From Escherichia phage dhaeg, in sequence record MN850609.1: a DNA stretch of 64,000 nt, one strand, 5' to 3'. Positions 32,127-39,439 of the stretch are shown here, in pieces (positions within the stretch are counted from its first letter, which is position 1; every line of letters starts with the position of its first letter). Both the position numbers and the translations under genes were made by a program. The notes under the pieces were generated by a model, which had not been told where the DNA came from, ran no database searches, and saw only the letters and a program-made list of their open reading frames with translations.

Positions 32127-32202
32127 CGAGGCATAGCTCAGAAGGAAGAGCAAGGACCTTCTAAGTCCTGGGTCGTAGGTTCGATCCCTACTGTCTCGAC
32201 CA
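32127..32202 (+). tRNA. tRNA-Arg (UCU)
   Basis: Acceptor CGAGGCA/TGTCTCG, D-arm GCTC..GAGC, anticodon stem AGGAC/GTCCT, loop CTTCTAA, T-arm GTAGG-TTCGATC-CCTAC, encoded CCA. Confidence 0.9.
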
Positions 32203-32371
32203 AACAAGAAACCGGGTCGCTACCGGTAAGTCGTCGGACTGAAGTTCCCTGAATAAGACCCGACTTTAAGGCGTACATGAGTTCCTCTTAAAGTCCCTTA
32301 TCTCACAGCTGAAACGGCGCACCGAACACTTGCCTAGCAGGTGGAACCCCGACAAGGTTACCCTAGGTTAA
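32203..32371 (+). ncRNA. ORF-free structured RNA downstream of the tRNAs (candidate equivalent of T4 stable RNAs C/D)
   Basis: About 170 nt without an ORF, relatively GC-rich, several local hairpins (ACCGG-GTCGCT-ACCGGT at 32210-32226; CTTTAAGG...CCTCTTAAAG), co-transcribed with the tRNAs and closed by a terminator. Confidence 0.5.
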
Positions 32372-32401
32372 AGGCCCTTCCGAAAGGTTGGGCCTTTTTT
32401 G
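32372..32401 (+). terminator. rho-independent terminator
   Basis: AGGCCC-TTCCGAAAGGTT-GGGCCT followed by TTTTTT. Confidence 0.8.
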
Positions 32402-32409
32402 TATAAATA
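32402..32409 (+). promoter_or_regulatory. late promoter TATAAATA upstream of the 207-aa internal-protein-like gene
   Basis: Exact TATAAATA 29 nt upstream of the ATG at 32438. Confidence 0.65.
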
Positions 32410-32437
32410 GATAAGTTAATTAACACAGGAAACAATA

Positions 32438-33061
32438 ATGAAAACTTACAATGAATTTTTGAACGAAAGCGTTCTGACTGAAGCCAGCGTGCGCATGACT
32501 AAAGATATGTGGCAAGCTGCTTATGATAAAATTTCCGGGACTAAAACCACTACCGAGTTCTTTAAAAACGTTTATGATATGTATGGTTTTGATACTAGTA
32601 ACCAGAAAGAATATTACAAAGCTTCCAAAGCTTTTAAAGATATCGTAGCCGGTGGCGCTACTAAACCTGCTAAACCAGCTAAAGCTCCTGTTGCTAAACC
32701 TGCAGCCCCAACCAAAGTTGCACCACCTAAACCTGCGGCAGCACCTAAAGCAGAGCCTGTAAAAGAAGCTCCTAAACCTAAAATCAAGTTCGACACCAGC
32801 ACTATTGTTAAAAAATATAACCAACTGGCTTCTTTGGTTTCTGAAATAGAATCCGAAACTAAACACCTTGTTCGTGAATTCAATGTTCTTCGTAACGGTC
32901 AACACATTAACAACCTGGACACACCAGACCTTTATCGTCTCTATCTGACGGTTGAAGGCCTTAAGTACACCCAGCCTATGCGCGAAGAAATTGACAACAA
33001 ACTTCGTCAAGCACGCCGACTGGCCGGTGACGCAGCTCAGTTCGAAAAGACTCGTAAATAA
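32438..33061 (+). CDS. internal-protein-like protein with K/P/A-rich low-complexity core
   Basis: 207 aa; starts MKTYNEFLNE-S (capsid-targeting prefix); KPAKPAKAPVAKPAAPTKVAPPKPAAAPKAEPVKEAPKPK tract; own late promoter. Confidence 0.7.
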   Translation: MKTYNEFLNESVLTEASVRMTKDMWQAAYDKISGTKTTTEFFKNVYDMYGFDTSNQKEYYKASKAFKDIVAGGATKPAKPAKAPVAKPAAPTKVAPPKPAAAPKAEPVKEAPKPKIKFDTSTIVKKYNQLASLVSEIESETKHLVREFNVLRNGQHINNLDTPDLYRLYLTVEGLKYTQPMREEIDNKLRQARRLAGDAAQFEKTRK

Positions 33062-33065
33062 TGAA

Positions 33066-33086
33066 AGGAGACTTCGGTCTCCTTTT
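33066..33086 (+). terminator. rho-independent terminator (UUCG loop)
   Basis: AGGAGAC-TTCG-GTCTCCT-TTT. Confidence 0.8.
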
Positions 33087-33120
33087 AGGGGGTTTAAACT
33101 AAAAATAATTTCACAAAGTT

Positions 33121-33149
33121 GTTTACACCTCCTTTAAACGTGATACTAT
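33121..33149 (+). promoter_or_regulatory. T4-type early promoter cassette
   Basis: GTTTAC-17 bp-TACTAT, then AGACCTATCAAAACAACAGAGTGAAGGAGAG leader. Confidence 0.75.
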
Positions 33150-33184
33150 AGACCTATCAAAACAACAGAGTGAAGGAGAGTAAA

Positions 33185-33448
33185 ATGGATAATTATGGTG
33201 AATTGTTTAATTTCTTTATGAAATGCGTTCCTGAAGAATTTGGTGCTACTGTTAACGATATTAAGGTTATAGGTGATGACCATCCCATATTTGAAACCTA
33301 CGCAGTAATGGGTAATGACGATGGACAGTGGTATACCGTAAAGGTTGTGGTTAATATGTTTGCTGCCGAAGGGTACGTCAAATTGTCTACCAAAGTTTAT
33401 CACGATAACGATTTTGATGCGGAAGATTATTTCAATAATATGAAATAA
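33185..33448 (+). CDS. hypothetical protein
   Basis: 87 aa from the ATG after the AAGGAGAG SD. Confidence 0.6.
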   Translation: MDNYGELFNFFMKCVPEEFGATVNDIKVIGDDHPIFETYAVMGNDDGQWYTVKVVVNMFAAEGYVKLSTKVYHDNDFDAEDYFNNMK

Positions 33449-33450
33449 TT

Positions 33451-33480
33451 GTTTACACGGGCTCATGATTGAGATATTAT
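33451..33480 (+). promoter_or_regulatory. early promoter with stem-loop (GTTTAC ... TATTAT)
   Basis: Inverted repeat CGGGCTCAT (33458-33466) / ATGAGCCCG (33479-33487) spans the spacer and the -10. Confidence 0.65.
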
Positions 33481-33505
33481 GAGCCCGTAATTTGAGGAGA
33501 GCATA

Positions 33506-33904
33506 ATGAATATCGAAGATAAAGAAATGCAAGAGTTGTATAATTCATTAACGCCTGAACAACAAAAAGCTGCCAAAGAATTAGAGAAAGCTCTTACTTT
33601 CAGCTTGGCAAAAACTGATTGGGCCGCCATGTATGAAGAAAAAAGGAGATCGGAAATTGAAGCTGTCGAGAGAAATGAATGGATTGTAGAAACCAAGATT
33701 TCTGATGGTGGTTGCTCTGTTGAGGTGTCAGCTGTGGTTAAAGGTACTCATGGTGAAAAATCACTAGGTTGGCATAATGAGGCAAACAAATATATTGTTC
33801 TCTCAACGTCAAAAACTTATGGTCAAAGGGTTCCTGTATCCAAAGCTATTATTAAGCAAGCTCAATGGGAAGCCAATGAAATTTGCCTAGCAAAAATGAA
33901 ATAA
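33506..33904 (+). CDS. hypothetical protein
   Basis: 132 aa, GAGGAGAG SD; no motif recognised. Confidence 0.6.
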   Translation: MNIEDKEMQELYNSLTPEQQKAAKELEKALTFSLAKTDWAAMYEEKRRSEIEAVERNEWIVETKISDGGCSVEVSAVVKGTHGEKSLGWHNEANKYIVLSTSKTYGQRVPVSKAIIKQAQWEANEICLAKMK

Positions 33905-33907
33905 AAT

Positions 33908-33937
33908 GTTTACAACCCTCAGAGGACAGGGTATAAT
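33908..33937 (+). promoter_or_regulatory. early promoter with stem-loop (GTTTAC-18-TATAAT)
   Basis: GAGGACA (33922-33928) / TGTCCTC (33937-33943) bracket the -10. Confidence 0.65.
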
Positions 33938-33980
33938 GTCCTCATGGATTACAAAATATCAACCGACTGAAGGAAATACT

Positions 33981-34574
33981 ATGAACACTTTAAAGAAAAT
34001 CGTTGAATTCATCCGTTCTAAACTGGGTACCGCAATGACTCAGAACCTGTCAATCGAAGACCAGTATACTAAAGCTGCTTCTACCCTGATTGATAAAATT
34101 ACTGAACTCCAGACTGCTCATGTTAAGTCTGTGAATGAAGAAAAACGTATTCGCGAGTTAGCGAATGAAAAAGACCAACTCGCCGCTTCAAAAGAGCGTG
34201 AAATTCGTAAACTGATTAAAGAAGGCGCCGATGTCCAGGTGCATGCTAAACTTGGCCTCCTTTATCGTCGTACAGCTAATCAACTTCGTAAGAAAGCAGA
34301 CGATTATATCGAAATGCGTAATGAAATTAAACTGAAGGTCAAGGAACTTGATGACTCTCGTCAAGAACTGGCTGTTAAGCTCGAGTACATCCGTGAAACT
34401 CGTAATATGGCTGCCCTTGGTATTGCTACTGCCGATGATGTGGTTGAAATCGCTGCACTGACTAAGATTGATATTGAAGATACCCTGCTGCGTGTAGAAA
34501 CGTTTAAAGGCCCACAAGTTGGAATGGATACGACTTCAGCCGATATCGAAGACTACATTAATTCACTTAAGTAA
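33981..34574 (+). CDS. long coiled-coil protein, possibly PspA/IM30-like
   Basis: 197 aa from the ATG after the AAGGAAA SD (the track ORF start at 33906 would run through the promoter). N-terminal amphipathic helix [15 protein letters not shown], then an uninterrupted charged heptad-like sequence. Confidence 0.55.
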   Translation: MNTLKKIVEFIRSKLGTAMTQNLSIEDQYTKAASTLIDKITELQTAHVKSVNEEKRIRELANEKDQLAASKEREIRKLIKEGADVQVHAKLGLLYRRTANQLRKKADDYIEMRNEIKLKVKELDDSRQELAVKLEYIRETRNMAALGIATADDVVEIAALTKIDIEDTLLRVETFKGPQVGMDTTSADIEDYINSLK

Positions 34575-34581
34575 TATTACC

Positions 34582-34604
34582 GGGAGACTTCGGTCTCCCT
34601 ATTT
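34582..34604 (+). terminator. rho-independent terminator (UUCG loop)
   Basis: GGGAGAC-TTCG-GTCTCCC-TATTT. Confidence 0.7.
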
Positions 34605-34622
34605 GGAGGAGAGGAGAATATT

Positions 34623-35177
34623 ATGAGTTTATATGATAACCTTATATCAAATATTGATTGGTTTAAAAATAGTGGTCTTTCCCATGAAACCAATTCAGTT
34701 CTTTATAGAATTCGCCAAGACCTAGGCTATTCAAACGATTTCTTAAGCAGAACATCTAGCCGTGGCGATACTACCAAATTACCTTTTATTTTTGCTTTAG
34801 CTGAAGACCTTTCTTTTGAAGATGCTTTGGAAATTATTGACGTAAATCTGGCTATTCAACGAGTGGAATTCGCTGGACTACGTTATTCAGTATATTCTTT
34901 AAATGAGAGCAATGATTGCGTGCTTCTTAATATGGCAGACGATGATTACCATTTAGTATGCTATGTGGCTTTAGAAAATGGTGATGTATTTGGAATGGTC
35001 GACCGCCGCCCAACTTATACTGATATTAAAAATTATGATAAAGATGAGCTTCTTGATTTGGCGGCTGAGTACACATTAGAGAGTCGTAAACGGAAACGTA
35101 AGCTTAATCGTTTTATTGCTGAATGTCGTGAATATGCTAAAGGGGTTCAAAATGCGAACGTTATATCTGCCAAGTAA
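34623..35177 (+). CDS. hypothetical protein
   Basis: 184 aa, GGAGGAGAGGAG SD. Confidence 0.6.
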   Translation: MSLYDNLISNIDWFKNSGLSHETNSVLYRIRQDLGYSNDFLSRTSSRGDTTKLPFIFALAEDLSFEDALEIIDVNLAIQRVEFAGLRYSVYSLNESNDCVLLNMADDDYHLVCYVALENGDVFGMVDRRPTYTDIKNYDKDELLDLAAEYTLESRKRKRKLNRFIAECREYAKGVQNANVISAK

Positions 35178-35511
35178 ACCAGAAAAATTTGTATACGCAG
35201 ACAAGATTGATAAAGACCTTATGCCTCCATTTGGGGCTCTGTCCATGTGCATCGTTGGAATTATAATGATGGTTGTTTGTGGAGATATGAATATCATCAG
35301 TGTTGGAGTCGCCTGGACGCTAGTAATTACAGCTCCTTTTATTACAGTCCTGTGTATGGTATTGATAAATGTGTGGCATCAAAATCATATGAATAAAGGA
35401 TATCGTGGGCGAGTTAAAGAGTGGGAACAAAAATGTGTTTCCCTACAAGAAGAGCACAAAATTAAATGTGCCGAAGAATTTATTAAGGAGGTTCGTAATG
35501 GAACGGCCTAA
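35152..35511 (+). CDS. 2-TM membrane protein ending ...EEFIKEVRNGTA
   Basis: 119 aa from the ATG after AAGGGG; hydrophobic helices ALSMCIVGIIMMVVCG and VAWTLVITAPFITVLCMVLI. Confidence 0.55.
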   Translation: MRTLYLPSKPEKFVYADKIDKDLMPPFGALSMCIVGIIMMVVCGDMNIISVGVAWTLVITAPFITVLCMVLINVWHQNHMNKGYRGRVKEWEQKCVSLQEEHKIKCAEEFIKEVRNGTA

Positions 35512-35851
35512 TCTTGCATCACATGTTTATCAATTGGCTGAATATGATATTGGTGCCAATTTATTATTAGGGATTGCCACCGGTATGCTTGGCGGCTTGG
35601 TTGGTCTGGTAATGACCACGGTTATGGCTGCAATCGAGGGAGTCATGCCCATTGAGATGGGTTTCTATATGATAATCGCTCCGGCTGTCGTGGCTTATTT
35701 TATCCCTCTAGTGTATGATATTTGCCATACAAATGCTTTGAATGCTCCCATCCGTAAGAGATATGCTTTAGAGATGGCTAATTATAATGAGTATGTAAAA
35801 CAAACCAAACGTAATGACCTTGAAACCTTTATTAAGGAATGTAAATCATGA
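35498..35851 (+). CDS. 2-TM membrane protein ending ...LETFIKECKS
   Basis: 117 aa from the ATG after AAGGAGG; helices LLLGIATGMLGGLVGLVMTTVMAAI and FYMIIAPAVVAYFIPLV. Confidence 0.6.
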   Translation: MERPNLASHVYQLAEYDIGANLLLGIATGMLGGLVGLVMTTVMAAIEGVMPIEMGFYMIIAPAVVAYFIPLVYDICHTNALNAPIRKRYALEMANYNEYVKQTKRNDLETFIKECKS

Positions 35852-36138
35852 ATAAAATTGAAATTGAAATCCCTGAATACAACGACGAGAAATCTGCAGA
35901 AAAAGCTATCTATGCTCTTCTGAATAAAGTAGATATCATCGAATCCAAATGTGAAGCTATTGCCGATAAGTACGGTATTCAATTCGGAACAGGTGATTAT
36001 GGCTCAGGACGTACATACTATCCGGTCGGTTATGAATGCTCCCAGTGGTTTAAAGATGAAATTGAAAACAATGGCGGTGAAGTTGAAAATGGCGTCGTTA
36101 CAGTTGGTGCCTGGGTCTCCTCTTCGGCAATGTGCTAA
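35848..36138 (+). CDS. W-x-SSS-x-x-C family small protein, paralog 1
   Basis: 96 aa, ATGA-coupled to the upstream gene; ends GAWVSSSAMC-stop. Confidence 0.7.
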   Translation: MNKIEIEIPEYNDEKSAEKAIYALLNKVDIIESKCEAIADKYGIQFGTGDYGSGRTYYPVGYECSQWFKDEIENNGGEVENGVVTVGAWVSSSAMC

Positions 36139-36147
36139 GGAAAAGCT

Positions 36148-36429
36148 ATGATGAATGATAATCATAACCATCCAGAGCTTCTGGCCGCAGTAAAAGAAAT
36201 TCATGAAGCTATTCGTCGTGCCGAGGAAATTGCAGATAAATATGAGACTCATTTTAATATATACCCTGCTCGCGGTATGGGCGGTGACTATTATTCTCCT
36301 GGCGCCTTGAAAGCTGACCTTGCCCATTGGGAAGAAGATGGTCATCCTGAATGGGCTATTGTTAATACTCATGACTATACAACTGACCTCGCAACTGGCG
36401 GTTGGGTGTCCTCTTCTTCTGAATGTTAA
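36148..36429 (+). CDS. W-x-SSS-x-x-C family small protein, paralog 2
   Basis: 93 aa; ends GGWVSSSSEC-stop; TAAGGA SD fused to the upstream stop. Confidence 0.7.
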   Translation: MMNDNHNHPELLAAVKEIHEAIRRAEEIADKYETHFNIYPARGMGGDYYSPGALKADLAHWEEDGHPEWAIVNTHDYTTDLATGGWVSSSSEC

Positions 36430-36438
36430 GGAAATATT

Positions 36439-36636
36439 ATGTCTCGTGAATTAGATTGTGCAATCCGAACTGCCGCGGCGGCAATTGAAAACGTTATTCA
36501 AATTTGTAAAGAAGAACGCGAAGAAGCTGATATCTATATTGATGGTGCTCGTGACTTAGAACGACATATAACGCTTTATAACGGTTGTATTACTATTAGT
36601 GGTACCTCTTGGGTGTCCTCTTCTTACGAATGCTAA
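36439..36636 (+). CDS. W-x-SSS-x-x-C family small protein, paralog 3
   Basis: 65 aa; ends TSWVSSSYEC-stop. Confidence 0.7.
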   Translation: MSRELDCAIRTAAAAIENVIQICKEEREEADIYIDGARDLERHITLYNGCITISGTSWVSSSYEC

Positions 36637-36645
36637 GGTAATAAA

Positions 36646-36858
36646 ATGACTATTGATGAAATTGAAAAACAAATCCGTGAATTAGTACGTAAAGGCCAGT
36701 CCGTGGCTGATGAAACAGGTGAAGAATTTTATGTTTCTGGACGCGGTCAATACATTTCTCCAAAGAATCCAGAATATGATGATTACGAATGGGTCCGTGA
36801 TGACTACGGTATCCCAGAAGGTGAAGGTTTCTGGTTTAGCTCCTCTATGTCTTGCTAA
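36646..36858 (+). CDS. W-x-SSS-x-x-C family small protein, paralog 4
   Basis: 70 aa; ends GFWFSSSMSC-stop. Confidence 0.7.
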   Translation: MTIDEIEKQIRELVRKGQSVADETGEEFYVSGRGQYISPKNPEYDDYEWVRDDYGIPEGEGFWFSSSMSC

Positions 36859-36868
36859 GGAATAAAAA

Positions 36869-37093
36869 ATGTCTAATATTAATGAATTGGAAAAAGCAGC
36901 TCTTGAACTGGCTGCGCTGTATAAGAAAGTAAAAGATATGGCTTCTGCCCAGGATTTTGGTGTTGAGCTAGATGATTACGACGGTGAAGTTCGTCTTGAA
37001 GATTGGCTGAATAGCTCTTGTTATGGTGAAGAAGCTGGTCGTACCTTCGTTGCTCGCTCCGATGGTAAAATCTGGTACCCGAGCTCATGCTAA
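36869..37093 (+). CDS. W-x-SSS-x-x-C family small protein, paralog 5 (shortened motif)
   Basis: 74 aa; ends KIWYPSSC-stop and has an internal DWLNSSC. Confidence 0.65.
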   Translation: MSNINELEKAALELAALYKKVKDMASAQDFGVELDDYDGEVRLEDWLNSSCYGEEAGRTFVARSDGKIWYPSSC

Positions 37094-37314
37094 AATTAAA
37101 GAAAAGATACATTCGTAAAATAAATGGTCTTCGCGATTATGCCAAAGGTTGGCCGTTAAGTATTATTATGGCTGATAGACACCCACGTTATAATACCGAG
37201 TTGACCTATTATAAAAAGTATGATTCATATTGTCGGTCTAAAGCCGGTCGTTTAGATGGTTCTTATGAAGAATACTTTGGTAAAAAACCTACTCGTATTT
37301 CGTTAGGAAAATAA
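37087..37314 (+). CDS. small basic protein
   Basis: 75 aa, K/R/Y-rich, 7-nt overlap with the upstream gene. Confidence 0.5.
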   Translation: MLKLKKRYIRKINGLRDYAKGWPLSIIMADRHPRYNTELTYYKKYDSYCRSKAGRLDGSYEEYFGKKPTRISLGK

Positions 37315-37344
37315 TTTAGCCACACGGATGTGGTAGGAGGACTT

Positions 37345-37674
37345 ATGCACAAAGATTCAGTATTCAAATATCTTTTGAAAACAGATAAAGAATTCTATAT
37401 GAATGGGCAAGCTTTCTTGTTCGTCCGTGGTAAACGTGAGATGTTTTATAAATGCGACCTCTCAATGCACCATCATATGTATCATACCCACGGCGAGCCT
37501 ATACTAGGGTTCTCTGGTGACGAGACTAGACACATAGCTATGTACTATGACCATTTTAAGCTCAATGATTGTGGTGACAACGCTTTGGTCTGGAACCCAT
37601 CTTGGAGACGTTGGGATACAGTAGACAGCGATAAATTATTTTTAGAATATTGCAGAAGTGATGTACAACTCTAA
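37345..37674 (+). CDS. hypothetical His-rich protein
   Basis: 109 aa from the ATG after AGGAGG; HHHMYHTHGEP cluster. Confidence 0.55.
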   Translation: MHKDSVFKYLLKTDKEFYMNGQAFLFVRGKREMFYKCDLSMHHHMYHTHGEPILGFSGDETRHIAMYYDHFKLNDCGDNALVWNPSWRRWDTVDSDKLFLEYCRSDVQL

Positions 37675-37690
37675 AAACTTGTGTTACTAT
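37662..37690 (+). promoter_or_regulatory. degenerate early promoter cassette (TGTACA-17-TACTAT)
   Basis: Resembles the 39134-39161 promoter; leader ACACAAACATGAGGGGAACATTATG resembles the 60288 leader. Confidence 0.45.
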
Positions 37691-37718
37691 TACCTTACAC
37701 AAACATGAGGGGAACATT

Positions 37719-37958
37719 ATGTGGTATTATTCTCCACTGTCTGATAAGTCTGATGAGCCGGTACGCATTAGTCGTGCCAAGTTTAAAAAGATTTATGGCT
37801 TTGCCTATAAGAAGTCTGATTACGGTGTTCGTTTTGAAGATGCCCACTGTATCAACGACCCTTATGCAGAAGAAATCTCTAATGAGATAATTCCTATCAT
37901 TAAGAATAATTCTGATGATATGTGGGAATTGCATAACGATTACGTTGCTGAAATTTAA
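37719..37958 (+). CDS. hypothetical protein
   Basis: 79 aa, GAGGGG SD. Confidence 0.55.
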   Translation: MWYYSPLSDKSDEPVRISRAKFKKIYGFAYKKSDYGVRFEDAHCINDPYAEEISNEIIPIIKNNSDDMWELHNDYVAEI

Positions 37959-37979
37959 GTTTACTCTGAGGAAAATATT

Positions 37980-38147
37980 ATGTATAATGTTCTTATTGTT
38001 TTTGTTACTCACCCACAAGGTGGCGTAAGGCAGAATACTTCCCAAGTGGTCCAATTTTCTTCACTAGAGGCTGCTAATCTAGCCGCAACGCGTATTGAAG
38101 CAAAAAAATCTGAACTGGGTAAATATGAAGTAACTCGTCTTTATTAA
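37980..38147 (+). CDS. small hypothetical protein (below the ORF-track cut-off)
   Basis: 55 aa MYNVLIVFVTHPQGG...; preceded by the recurrent TIR TGAGGAAAATATTATG. Confidence 0.5.
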   Translation: MYNVLIVFVTHPQGGVRQNTSQVVQFSSLEAANLAATRIEAKKSELGKYEVTRLY

Positions 38148-38160
38148 TGAGGAAAATATT

Positions 38161-39120
38161 ATGATGCTAGTTATTGGTTCTCGTGCACTGCACCACGCTG
38201 GTCTGATTGAAAGTAAGTATATCGAAAATTCTGATTGGGATTTTATTGCCGACCAGGGGTCATGGAATAATTTTAAAGCACAGATGTTTGGCGCCCATGT
38301 ACACGTAGACAACCCTGACGTCCAGGCTTTTAAATGCATGCACAACGGTAAAGAAACCTATTTTGAAGCTTATATCGTCCGCGCCTTGACTAACGTACGT
38401 GAAATTACCGGCGAACTCCAAGATGAGGATTTCACCTCAAGCTACCGCCTTCTGAATTATGCTAAAACACATATTAAGAAAGATCGGATGACGGGTTTCT
38501 ATTGGGCCACGCCTGATATCTGTCTGGCCATCAAAATGAGCCATCGTTATTTGAAGAACAACCCTTTCTTTTTGAAGACGATGTCCCACATCAAATACCT
38601 TCGTAATAAAGGTGTAACCTTGAATGAAGAGCTCCAAGAAATCATGCTGCAACGTCAGAAAGAAACGTTGAGCTATTCTCATCCTAAATTAGATGTAAAC
38701 AAATCATCGTTCTTTAATGATACCATCTATACATTAGACCACGACTCTATTCATGAAGCTGTGGCATTAGCCGGACGCCCAGCGTATACCTTTTATATGA
38801 AAGATGGTTCTGAAGTCATGACCTCTCGTGAGAAGTTTGAAGCTTTGCCTGAAGCTATTAAACTGGCAGGGGTTTATGAAGAAGCATGTGTACTTGCTCT
38901 AGAGCGTTCGCAGGTTCCTAATGACTTTAATATCCCAGCAGCCACAAGTTTCTATATGGCTCTTGAGAAAGTGTGCACCTCAATCACTTCAGGTTGGTTC
39001 CGTGAGTATGCCTGGGAAAACTACCAAGCTGTAGTGAATATGTATAGGACCCTAGGTGAAAGTGACTACATCAACCGGTTTAAGCGTAATCAACATTTAA
39101 TTCGTCCTTTCGAAAAATAA
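38161..39120 (+). CDS. hypothetical protein with a possible minimal nucleotidyltransferase-fold N-terminus
   Basis: 319 aa; VIGSRAL-x17-SDWDFI fits a loose hG[GS]...D.D NTase pattern; helical C-terminal two-thirds. Confidence 0.6.
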   Translation: MMLVIGSRALHHAGLIESKYIENSDWDFIADQGSWNNFKAQMFGAHVHVDNPDVQAFKCMHNGKETYFEAYIVRALTNVREITGELQDEDFTSSYRLLNYAKTHIKKDRMTGFYWATPDICLAIKMSHRYLKNNPFFLKTMSHIKYLRNKGVTLNEELQEIMLQRQKETLSYSHPKLDVNKSSFFNDTIYTLDHDSIHEAVALAGRPAYTFYMKDGSEVMTSREKFEALPEAIKLAGVYEEACVLALERSQVPNDFNIPAATSFYMALEKVCTSITSGWFREYAWENYQAVVNMYRTLGESDYINRFKRNQHLIRPFEK

Positions 39121-39133
39121 TTGCATAAAACAG

Positions 39134-39161
39134 TGTACAAGGTCTATAGGTGTGATACTAT
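39134..39161 (+). promoter_or_regulatory. early promoter cassette with stem-loop (GTGTAC ... TACTAT)
   Basis: Perfect 9-bp inverted repeat GGTCTATAG (39141-39149) / CTATAGACC (39158-39166) around the -10. Confidence 0.65.
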
Positions 39162-39198
39162 AGACCTATCAAAACAACAGAGTGAAATGGAGAATAAA

Positions 39199-39411
39199 AT
39201 GAAACTTTCTAACCAAGCAATCAACATGTTAAACGAAGTTCGTGCAGCTGGTGCTAAATGTCTGATGGTTAACACTCGTGACGGTGACCTTCGTCAAGCA
39301 TTTGGTGAATTGAAATCTGCTGACCTGGTTAAATGTTCGGTTGGTATCGGTAATGCACTTCGTGTATCCTTATCCCCTAAAGGTAAAATGTACTTTTTCA
39401 ACAAAAAGTAA
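39199..39411 (+). CDS. small hypothetical protein
   Basis: 70 aa from the ATG after GGAGAATAAA. Confidence 0.6.
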   Translation: MKLSNQAINMLNEVRAAGAKCLMVNTRDGDLRQAFGELKSADLVKCSVGIGNALRVSLSPKGKMYFFNKK

Positions 39412-39439
39412 TATACATTCTCGTAAGATATGTTATTAT
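39411..39439 (+). promoter_or_regulatory. early promoter cassette (weak -35 ATATAC, -10 TATTAT)
   Basis: TGTTATTATAGACCTATCAAAACAAATGAGTGAATTGGAGAATAAAATG matches the other cassettes. Confidence 0.5.

Noticed and set aside
32420-33010. Minus-strand 196-aa ORF (and 32614-32883) opposite the 207-aa internal-protein-like gene.
   Set aside because: It is the mirror image of the K/P/A low-complexity tract. The sense ORF has the late promoter, the SD and the capsid-targeting prefix.
35848-37093. Calling the W-x-SSS-x-x-C array a lanthipeptide/RiPP precursor cluster.
   Set aside because: No dehydratase, cyclase, radical-SAM enzyme, protease or exporter gene is recognisable in the window, and the 'leader' parts are not conserved. 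The idea is kept only as a speculative chemical note within the finding.
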